This document shows, in pieces, positions 52,787 to 64,000 of a stretch of 64,000 bases of DNA (position 1 is its first letter; the number at the start of each line of letters is the position of its first letter). Under the pieces are notes generated by a model, which searched no databases, was not told where the DNA came from, and worked only from the letters and a program-made list of their open reading frames with translations. The translations under genes were made by a program, and so were the position numbers. Where the stretch lies: assembly GCF_006345805.1 (NCBI RefSeq), contig NC_042997.1, forward strand, positions 191,828,001-191,892,000, read 5' to 3'. The DNA comes from Octopus sinensis (Eukaryota).

Positions 52787-54793
52787 TTTTAAGCCTTTCT
52801 TTTTTCAATACCTTCGAAACGTTTCTTCTAATTTAATAAAGAAAATAGATTATTAAAAGAAAACTATTACTTGAATACAAAAAGATATGTGCGTCCGATA
52901 ATGTCTTTTTTGTTTTTTATAAATACATAAATATATATTCACAGTAGATCATTCTGTTTAAGTCAGAAATACCTCGTTTTCTGGAGAAAACTGGGTACAA
53001 CTTGTTTTTGAGAGACAGAGACGGTATAATGAAATATATTTCGTCGGAAAAATACAGCTGTTTTCATGTGCTAAATTAAAACCAGTCTGTTCGGGATTAT
53101 TTTGCGTATGTTTATTTATAAAGTATTGTTTATCAAGAAGATTAACGGATGAAATTTCGCCAGCAATGAGTGCCACTTATAAAAATCCTCGCATTTCACG
53201 AACACCTGAGCAATGGTTTCTTTTTCTTTAAATAGAGTCTTAATAACTCCGGCATATATTATTTCTAAGAACGAAAGATAATCTGTATATTTATTATAAT
53301 TAAGAGAATTATTTCGATAAGAAAATAGCTGACAGTAAAGGTGTTTTTTATATATATATCTATATCGTTTATATTAAAAACAAAATATTGTAAGAAAAAA
53401 AAGGTGCGACGACGGATAATTACTTCTGAAATTTATTTCAATTTTACCTGAGTGATCAAAAACCTTGAATTTTAAGGCGCAGCCACAATTCTAGCCAGTC
53501 CTTATTCAGTAAATCAGAAATATTTGGCGGCAGGTAATAAGGTAGATAAAGAAGACAATAAAAGCTTTAAAGATTGTCACGTCTCGAAGTTGCTGTTACG
53601 CGCACCTTTTCTTTACGCATAGACGAAAGAACAGCTACTTGTTTCTTCCACAAATCAAGTAATTACAACAATGTCAGATCATCTATATCCAGTTAAATGA
53701 AAAATAAATTAATTAACAACACAAACCAACAGAAATTGAAAATATTAAATATATATATACATGTATGGGTATGTATCTGCACTTAGATGCGCATCATCCG
53801 AAAATCAGAATATATGTTTCGTTGGTTAAATTAATTATAAATTATTGTTACTTTCTTTCTTTTCCTGTCGAAATGTTTATTTCCCATTAGTTGTACTGCT
53901 TTAATGCTTCATCCCTCGTTTATCACAGCAAATAATCAGATGAGGCTGGTATATTCCGTCTAGGAGGGGAACCGCGTGTCATGTCACTAGCTTTCACTCC
54001 ACTCAAACTCCGTGTTTATCTTGATCGTTGCACTGGTAAAACGGACATGACCTGAACTATCAGCAACATTATTGTACAACTTCATTTACTTCCGGGTCCT
54101 GGCTGCTGCCACGACTACCATCACTTATATCTTATAAAAGCACTACCAATCGCCTATATCATCCACAGCCAGCTAATTCATCATCTAAGCTCTCTCTCTA
54201 TATCTCTCATCATCATTACCGTGCTATCTCCACTGCTTCTACAAAAACACGCTTTGTGGTTATTTAGCGGCTTACAACACACAAAGAAAGAAAATAAGCT
54301 GCCTCACTACCATTTTGTTTATTACAAAGCGAAACCAAAAATAAAAACAGCTTCGTGTGAACTTACTGACGTATTTTCAGAAATAATTACGTTTTTGTAA
54401 GGGTGTCTCTACGCTGTCGTTCGACAAGCTAGAAATAGCAGCAAAGTCACCCTCAAATCACATACTATCATCTTGAAGGGGTAGAAATATATAGGTTAAT
54501 GTAGCGCTAGATGCATAATAGTTGAAAAGAAAAGTCGAGGTGGGCACAGTTTGAATACTTTTGATTATAGGTTTGCTCAATTGTGGCTGCTCTGGGTTAA
54601 AAAAAAAATCACGACGTTATTTTAGAGCATTAGACAAATAGTTGTAATGGTCACAATTATGGGGTAAATATTGACAGACGGAAAATAAACACCTCAATAA
54701 AACAGGGAGTGTCTCGTAGCTGCTTTCAACATGACACTGACATAGCTTTTCAATAATTCACACACACACACAGAAGCATATTGCTCTCTTCCC

Positions 54794-54829
<36 letters not shown>

Positions 54830-54842
54830 ATATCTATATCTA

Positions 54843-54883
<41 letters not shown>

Positions 54884-55049
54884 ATATAGTAGAGTAGGCT
54901 GGTTTAAGGGGTTACTCCGCGTTTCTCGCTCATAAAGGGTTTAGAAACCCAGGGTAACCCCATAAACCGGCCTACCCCACTACACTATTAACTGCTCTAC
55001 ATCTTAGAGTGTGCTTCTCCTCCAGATTTTTATATATCTACAAACGATC

Positions 55050-55116
<67 letters not shown>

Positions 55117-55450
55117 AGGTATTTACTTGTGTATAAGTCGTACGATTTTACACCTGATTTTAACAGGAAAACCCACTAGGGCGCGATTGAAACACGAGTA
55201 AAAACGATGTGTGCGCGCTCGTGTTCAACCAGTGGCCAGAGCGGTGTTTGACAGGTAAAGGCGAACACACTCTGCGTTTTCATTCGTGCAAGCGCAATTT
55301 ATTATCAAAATATTTATTTCAATTTCGTTTATTACAAATTACACAGCTAATGGCTGATCAATTTTAATTATTGAAAACGTAAGGAAACTATTTGCGGAAG
55401 AATTAACTGTTATTTCGCGTATGTCGAGTTACCACATAGAAGTCTCGCGA
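52787..55450. promoter_or_regulatory. Putative 5' UTR/promoter region of the SLC46 gene
   Basis: CpG retained and the abundant SINE families depleted relative to the intron. Possible minus-strand acceptor near 52828 and donor CAG|GTAAAA near 53447; CCGGAAGT (ETS-like) on minus near 54090. Confidence 0.45.
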
Positions 55451-55675
55451 TGCATAAATACATGAATATCACAGAAGAGGGAAATTTAGCTGTTCTGTTT
55501 AATGTTTACTTCTTTGAGGTCTCGCTGGTTGGTTTACACACGCACACACACACACACACACATACGCGCGCGCGCACGCACACACTCACAGCAGCAGGTA
55601 TGATTTCAGGGACTTTTACAACTGCCTCTAGCTGGTTGTACCCCTACATAAATGCCCACTTCATTTACTCATATA

Positions 55676-55720
<45 letters not shown>

Positions 55721-55816
55721 AAGTTCAGCAAAATTTAGATTCAGATGAATATGGTACTTAAGTTAAAGGCACCAGAATTTTGTATGATATTATCCATATA
55801 AATCAAATGGGGTGAT

Positions 55817-58225
55817 TATAATTAAAATAAGCAACAAGGATATCCAAGGTAGAGTAGTACAATTGTTTCATGCTACTTCATTGCGGGCAACAACAAAAAC
55901 CTGAACCATCTCCAATCTGCTTCCTTCGATTGGAAGAGAGCAGATTGGAACCTGTACCACACTGAACTACAGCACCCAAACTGGCGTGAATTTTACAACT
56001 CTGGAGATGTGAATACTATACTCCAGAGTATCCTGGACTCAATATGGGCAGCATGTGCAGCATCAGTGCCATGTAAACAGAAAAAGAAGAACCGCCCCAA
56101 AAGTGCAATTTGGGAAACTTCAGCGGTCCGACTTGCCAGGAAGGAACGTCGAACTGCTGAACGGGAATACAAGTTGCATAAATCAGACACCAACAGGAAG
56201 AAGCGGAATAAATCTTCCAACCATCTCAAGCAAGTGACAAAAAAAGCAGTGCTTGAATTTGAACAGTGCATAGCAGCCAATCCTGACAGCAAGGTTTTCT
56301 GGAAATATGTGCATTCGAAGCAGAGACCTCACTCTCCAGTGGGCCCTCTTCGCAACCCTCACACAAACCAGATCACTGACGACCCCAAGGAATGCGCAGA
56401 ACTCATTGCCGAGTGCTATGCAAACATATTCACTGTTGAAAATCAAAATGTACCATCTTCACCATCTCTAACAGCAAATTCCATAACAACTATGGAATTT
56501 ACACCTGCAATGCTGCGACGTCACCTTCAAAATAAGCGCAAGTATGCCTCCCCTGGTCTTGATGGAGTTACATATCTGCTTCTCAAGCGTGGCAGGTACT
56601 TCCTTTTACACCAGCTCTCTATTTTCTTCCAGTACTGTCTCAACAATGGTGCTACTCCGGAACTGTTCAAAAAGGGCAACCGCACATCACCTGTCAACTA
56701 TTGCCCAGTCAGTCTCACTAACTGTATTGCAAAACTGATGGAATCGTGTGTCAGAGAAACACTTTGGAACTTCTGGAGCTCACACAGTCTCATCCGACCC
56801 TCACAATATGGATTTGTCCCTAACTCCAGCTGCAGTGATCAGCTTGTCGAGTTCCTTGAGGACATTACTCAGATCACTGACAGTGGCTCATGGGTGGATG
56901 TTGTCTACCTTGACTTTGCTAAGGCTTTCAACTCTGTGCCACACAAAAGGCTTATGGTGAAACTCTCTGCAATGGGTGTGAGGGATGACCTTTTTAACTG
57001 GTTGAAATCCTTCATTCTCAACCGAAAGGAGGTAGTCACAGTTCTAGGACAGCATTCTACACCATATGAGATGTCATCGGGTGTACCACAGGGATCTGTC
57101 CTTGGTCCCCTCTTGTTTGTGGCATACATTAATGACATAGATGCAAATTTAAAGAATGCCACAGTATTAAAATATGCAGACGACATCAAGCTGTACCTTG
57201 AAATCAAGAGGACAGATCCTGTTGTCTACAGCTCTTTCCTGCAATCAGACCTGGACACAATGCAGCAATGGATCACAGACTGGCAACTGAAACTGGCTGT
57301 GGACAAGTGTACCACCATGCATTTTGGGAGAAAAAACCTTGCGTCCACATACTCCCTCCACAACACTGATATCAAGAAATCCTTTTGCGAGCGTGACCTA
57401 GGCATCATTGTCAGCAGTGATTTGCGTTGGACAAAGCATATCTCTAAAATTGTCAAGAAGGCCGAGGGTGTCTTGGCATCACTCAGCAAGACTTTTGTTA
57501 GCCGCTCTCCAGCCATCTATTTAAAACTGTATACAGCTATGGTACGACCACACTTGGAATTCGCATCATCAGTTTGGAACCCCTATCTTGCTCAGAACAT
57601 TGACCTCCTGGAATCTGTTCAGAGACGTGCAACCAAACGCATACACTCCATCAGACACCTACCATATTCTGAGCGCCTTGTTTCCCTGGGCATGGATTCA
57701 CTGAAGCTCCGGCGTCTGGCGACGGACTTGGTAAACACCCACAAAGTTGTCAACCACCTCACTAATAACAACACTGAACACCTTTTTGATCTCCATGTGT
57801 CTAACACACGTGGACATGCCTACAAAGTCAGAAAACAACACAGCTCCCATGACTTTCAGAAACATTTCTTCACACTCAGAGTTGCTGAAGCATGGAATAA
57901 ACTGCCTGCGTCAGTTGTTGACTGCCATGACACTGCATCCTTTAAGGCCCTCATGCTTTCCGAAATCCGTCGAAACTACACCTGATTATATATGCACTTT
58001 AGATGAGTTGTAGTGCACCTGAGCACTGTACACAATGTTTATTATTATTATTATTATTATTATTATTTTATTAAACCCTGTAAGTATTACATCAGTTTTA
58101 AAATGTCGAGCAATTGCTCGACATTTTAAAACTGATGTAATACTTACAAGGTTTAATAAAATGAAGTAGCATGAAACAATTGTACTACTCAACCTTGGAT
58201 ATCCTTGTTGCTTATTTTAATTATA
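55817..58225. repeat. 224-bp zero-spacer palindrome whose left arm is interrupted by the CR1 LINE
   Basis: 55817-55882 plus 58068-58113 is the reverse complement of 58114-58225, with 2 mismatches seen. Centre gagcaa|ttgctc. Confidence 0.95.
55883..58064 (+). mobile_element. 5'-truncated CR1-clade LINE; ORF2 (linker, RT, C-terminus) open from the junction to the stop at 57985; (ATT)n tail
   Basis: RT motifs YLDFAKAFNSV, GVPQGSVLGPLLF, YADD; CR1-type C-terminus RPHLEFASSVWNPY..NTRGH..FFTLRVAEAWNKLP. The 42 codons upstream of 56009 are also open (..FDWKRADW..). ATT repeated at both junctions. Confidence 0.95.
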
Positions 58226-58278
58226 CATATATGTATGTGTGTGTGTGGTGTGTGTGTGTATATGTATATATATATATA

Positions 58279-58310
<32 letters not shown>

Positions 58311-59842
58311 CTAAGCTGTGCACCCACTATAAAGAAAATGTTAGTTGGTAGGCACATACCTGGGACAGAGGTAACACTACATTTCCTCTTAATGGTCACT
58401 GCAATGCAGAGACAGTTGTATATGAGGCAGAGATGACATCAAAGAACACTAGTGGGCAGTCAATCATGAAGAAGTGTGGGCATGACAGAAGGTTCTTCCA
58501 GTGCAAGATTTTATAACCAGAATTCCTCCTTTAATATCCAAGAAAGATGCCATGTCACAGCCTTGTTTTGGCCTGTATGGTTGTTGAAGGTAAGAACTGT
58601 AGATTCCAACACTATGAGGAGAGCCATAGAGAGATGCAAGTCTTGCTTTAACAATAGCCCAAAGTGCAGGCCATGTCTAGCTAAGAAAAGAATTATGTTA
58701 AAAAATTTACTTCATCCGGACATCAATCTAAACTGCAAGAGTGAAATTTTTTGCTCTTGCCTATATGAAAGACGATATGTGATTACTTACCTACAGAGTC
58801 CACCACCAATATAAATGCTAGGACCTCCACCATAGGTCCTTCCATCATTAAAATCTGAGAGCCTAGCAAAGTTTTGGCCACACCAAACCATATACACATA
58901 AATACACAGACGTATGTACCCACACATAAAGTTAAAGCTTTAGGCCCACCCCCCAATCCTTACTTCCAGAAACCCCACTCCATGCATATCAGCCCCTCTA
59001 AAAAACATAACTCTACCCCATTGTGCTAGTCATCACACCTCACTCAGGGTTTTTGGGGTACAAGAGACATAACTCTCTTAATTGCCTCCTGAAACTTCAT
59101 TTTGTCTTTTCTACAGCACTAACGAACTGGATGTGACACTTCCTCACTTCCAGTAACAGAGAGCAGTCACCATTTTTTTCATTCTGCTTATCTTTGACAA
59201 GTTCTTACCTAATATTGCACCAGATCTACCAGGCTCCAATATACCCTACCATTTACTCTTCTGTTCTGATATCCATCACTACCTCTCTTCCAGATCACTT
59301 ATTATTGATATCCTTTATTCTCTCTTAGCATCACCCAGTCTATCTCTATGATCCTTCTCTCCTTCTCTCTCTCTCTCTCTCTCTCTCCAGCAATTATTGC
59401 CTTCTGTACAACTAACCATCATTCTCTCTTCTCCAGGTCACTCATTACTGACATACTTTACTCACTTTTATCAGTGACCATTTCTACAACTATTCATCAT
59501 CATATACCTATTTCTTTACTGCCAACAAGGGGCTACACACAGAGGGGACAAACGGATAAGGTCGATTATATCGACCCCAGTGCATAACTGGTACTTAATT
59601 TATCGACCCTGAAAGGATGAAAGGCAAAGTCAACCTCAGCGGAATTTGAACTCAGAACATAGCGGCAGACGAAATACTGCTAAGCATCTTGCCTAGTGTG
59701 AGATGTTGGATCCAGTCAGTTTTAACATAAAACAGGTGGAATATTTGGGCCGGATATGGCCAGATTAAATGCTAAAGGGTTAAGAAGAGTGTTCAGCCAT
59801 AGAAACCAAGCTAAAAATGAATGTGTGAATGACTACTCCAGC

Positions 59843-59845
<3 letters not shown>

Positions 59846-59939
<94 letters not shown>

Positions 59940-60004
59940 GTGTATGTATATATATATATATATATAACAGAAAAAGAAAACGGAGAAACTGACATATAGT
60001 CATC

Positions 60005-60057
<53 letters not shown>

Positions 60058-60088
60058 CATTGAAAGCAGACATTAAGTGATGATGATG

Positions 60089-60128
<40 letters not shown>
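59846..60128. repeat. Three (TA)n tracts
   Basis: Direct reading. Other long (TA)n tracts at about 45378, 54845, 55053, 55679 and 63565. Confidence 0.98.
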
Positions 60129-60131
<3 letters not shown>

Positions 60132-60329
60132 GATCCCTGTATATCAACACATGTGAAATGTGTCACTTGTTTTGAAGACTATATCAGTTAATTATGTTAT
60201 GAGTTCTATACACACATTTCCTTATAAGTGCTTTATCTCAATAAAAGCCATGAATCAGATAATGGTTGAGTATGACTGTGTACGCACTTGTGTGTATGAC
60301 TGTTTATGCATGTGATTGTATGTCTCTGT

Positions 60330-61270
60330 ATGCGCTTTTGTATTTCTGCATGTGTGTGTGTCTGTGTATGTGTGGCTGTATACATACATGCATATATGCA
60401 TACTTATATACATACATACACACATACGTACGTACATACATACATACATACATACATACATACATACATGCATATATGCATACTTATATACATACATACA
60501 CACATACGTACGTACATACATACATACATACATACATACATACATGCATATATGCATACTTATATACATACATACACACATACGTACGTACATACATACA
60601 TACATACACTCAAAAACACACAAACACATGTATGAACACACATAATTTAGGGAAATGTAAGCACATGTTTATGTCTCATGCATGCATATATTCATTCATA
60701 TATATACATACATACTTCCATAGATGCATGTATGCATACATACATATGTATAGAGACAAATACATGCATACATGAATGTGTAAGTGCCTACATTCATAAA
60801 TACATTAATGCATGCATGCATACACATCTATACAAATATGTGCATACAAGCATATATGAATGCATAAGTGCCTACATGCATACATACATACATACATACA
60901 TATATACATACATACATACATACATACATACATGCATGCATGCATGCATACATACTACATACATACATACATACATACATACATACATACATGCATACAT
61001 ACATATGCAAATACGTACATTTATGCATACATGAATGCTCAAGAGCTTACATATTTACATACATACATGCATACATACATGCATCTATACATTCACACAT
61101 ACATACATGCATACTCACATTATTACATACATGATTACATACATGTACATATATACATACATTTGCATACACAGATAATTGCATACATACATGTTAGCAT
61201 ACCTACCTCCTAATCTATATACAACGATACATGCATACATTCATATATACATACATACATACATGCATAC
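60330..61270. repeat. Compound (TACA)n/(TGCA)n microsatellite array with higher-order repeat
   Basis: catgcatatatgcatacttatata recurs at 60387, 60467 and 60543. Confidence 0.97.
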
Positions 61271-63359
61271 ATGCTTATATCTAAGCTTAGTCTGCCCTAC
61301 ATATTCTTAGATATTTCACATATTGCTTTTGAATGGTGATTTATGTGTTGTGTTCCTGAAGCAATTCCGTTTTCCTCAACCGACCAATGTACAGTCTTCT
61401 GAATTTAATTAATTATCCTTTAACATTACTATGACAAGCTTGGTGAAGACTATGCTTTGCTGATGAGGATAGAATAATACTCAAACCAGTCGAGAGTTGT
61501 CTCCCTTATTTGCTGTAAACATGAAAGTAATATTCTTTTCTACTCTAGGCACAAGGCCCGAAATTTTTTTGTGGGGTGCAGTCGATTAGATCGACCCCAG
61601 TATACTACTGGTACTTAATTTATCGGCCCCAAAAGGATGAAAGGCAAAGTCAACCTGCGTGGAATGAATGTAATATTAGGAATTGATTCATATTGTTTAT
61701 TTCTTCACTGAATAATTATTTTTAATTAATTTTTTTAATACTCCCTGCTGAAGAACAATTAGACAAATTTTTATCTGATATACCAGATCAACTCCTATCA
61801 GGGCAAGAAATGAAAAGGACAGCTCTGTCCATCTCACTACTTGCCAAGGACTTAGTCCAGAGACAGAGCCAGGAAATAAGTCTGAAATTAGCAAGCATTA
61901 ATGTTAATGGTGGTGCCCCAGCATGGCCCCTGCCACTGGTTGAAACCAATAACAGAATAATAGAATAAGACAGAATTAAGGAATTAAATGGATTTCTTTC
62001 TAAGGAGTCAAATACTTGAACACTTACACAGCTCCTACTATTGTACCAATCTGTTTACATACACGATATTCCAACTATGTACAAAAAGAAAGTTTGGGCC
62101 ACAGTCTAAATTACTACCTGCTTATATAGTTTTTTTGTAGTATTAACAAAAAGCCACAAATTTTGCGACATGATGATGATGATGATGATATCTATAGATT
62201 TTGACACACTGCCAAAATATTTGATAAGAAATACTCCCACAAAATTAGAGAACAGATCACAAATTTTTAGTTGAATAGTTACTTATTTGTGTTACTTGAC
62301 AGCCTCACAAGTGCTCACGTCCCTGTAACTTAACGGTTCGGCAAAAGAGACTGATAGAATAAGTACTAAGCTTACAAAGAGTAAGTCTTGGGGTTGATTT
62401 GTTTGACTAGAGGCAGTGCTCCAGCATGGCTGCATCCAAATGACTGAATCAAATAAAAGAATACAAATGCATATAGTTTGTGTTTGTTTAGGCGGCAAGC
62501 TGGTAGAACCATTAGCACGCCGGGCGAAATGCGTAGCCGTATTTCGTCTGCCGCTACGTTCTGAGTTCAAATTCCACCGAGGTCGACTTTGCCTTTCATC
62601 CTTTCGGGCTCGATAAATTAAGTACCAGTCACACACTGGGGTCGATGTAATTGACTTAATCCGTTTGTCTGTCCTTGTTTGCCCCCTCTATGTTTAGCCC
62701 CTTGTGGGTAATAAAGAAACACATATAGTTTGTGTTTAGTAATTCCACTCACAGAGCATTGAATTTATGGTAGAAGACACTTACCCACAGTGCCTTGCAG
62801 CAGGATTGAACCCGAAAACTTGTGGTTGAAAAGCAAACCTTTTAACCACACAGCCATGCTTGCTCCTGGTTATTCCAATATTTCAGATTCTGAGCTAATT
62901 TCAACACTGTAAAAATTAAACATTATAATAGTTTGCTACTGTGCTCTAACTCGCTAATAAAACTCAAATATAAGACAATTACAAAGCCACAATAGCATTT
63001 AACAATTTTTTATGAAGGTATTTGGCAACTGATGAAGCACAAACAATGAAATGCTGGACATTACTGTGTATCATATATTGCCAAAAATGTTTTTTATTTG
63101 CATATAAAATATACATTATTAAAGTTAATTTTTGGCAGTTCTTATAGCCCTACTGCACATTTAAGTTTTATAGCAGTTTGTGTAGTTATACACAGTTTTT
63201 CTCTGCATAGACATCTTTGCTTTTGTCAGCTACAATAAATGTGCATTTATATGAGATAGCTAAGGCAGCAATTAATATTGTAAATTGTAAAAAACTTATT
63301 TTCAGTTAATTTTATCTATATGATGCCACTAAAGTACGTTATGATCACAAGGGACCGTT

Positions 63360-63554
63360 CCAGTCATTTGACTGTGGCCATGCTGGAGCACTGCCTTTTA
63401 CTTGAGCAAATCAACCCCAGGACTTATTCTTTGTAAGCCTAGTACTTATTCTATCGGTCTCTTTTTGCAGAACCGCTAAGTTACAGGGACGTAAACACAC
63501 CAGCATCGGTTGTCAAGCGATGTTGGGGGGGGGGGGACAAACACAGACACACAT

Positions 63555-63643
<89 letters not shown>

Positions 63644-63830
63644 CATACATATATATACATACGTATATACGATGGGCTTCTTTCAGTTTCCATCTTCCAA
63701 ATCCACTCACAAGGCTTTGGTCAGCCCGAGGCTATAGTAGAAGACACTTGCCCAAGGTGTCATGCAGTGAGACTGAACCCGGAACCATGTAGTTCGTAAG
63801 CAAGCTACTTACCACACAGCCACTCATACG
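63360..63830 (-). mobile_element. SINE family A, minus copy with long (TA)n hinge
   Basis: Reverse complement of the family A consensus. Other minus copies at about 8378-9262, 13263-13512, 15325-15705, 21205-21587, 26735-27115, 27755-28123, 28830-29595, 32975-33345 and 45630-45990. Confidence 0.9.
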
Positions 63831-64000
63831 CCATGGATAATGGGTTGAAATAATTGCTGCTATCATAGTTACAAGGCTTGAAATTTTGAGGGAAGATGTC
63901 TAGACGATTAAATTTTATCCAGAACTTGATTGGTAATTTCTTTTACCAACCCCAGAGGAATGAAAGGCAAAGTTGATCTCAGCAGGTTTTGAATTCAGAG

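Noticed and set aside
59756-61213. Many 60-170 aa ORFs ([12 protein letters not shown]); also at 21.8-22.3, 25.2-25.9 and 63.5 kb
   Set aside because: Translations of stop-free microsatellites.

Overview
AT-rich, repeat-dense eukaryotic DNA. The SINE families, (TA)n/(TACA)n microsatellites and intron sizes look like a coleoid cephalopod, probably Octopus; this is inference from repeat content. The only supportable host gene is a minus-strand SLC46-family MFS transporter (PCFT/SLC46A1-like). Its first coding exon is 52786-51715, followed by a 46.5-kb intron and an 84-nt exon at 5198-5115; the 3' exons are unresolved or lie left of the window. The rest is mostly mobile DNA: several tRNA-derived and RTE-tailed SINE families, piggyBac/hAT MITEs, a Helitron, CR1/L2-group LINE pieces (one with about 700 open codons) and Penelope-like (PLE) remnants. 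The most notable signals: (1) a type I hammerhead ribozyme with an intact core at 14763-14851; (2) a four-copy hammerhead-like family with CUGUYGA instead of CUGANGA; (3) two long zero-spacer palindromes beside (TA)n tracts, one split by a young CR1; (4) modular SINEs whose microsatellite hinge both swaps tails and receives insertions. Nearly all short ORFs in the supplied track are microsatellite or SINE artefacts. Repeat boundaries were read by eye and are approximate unless a TSD is given.
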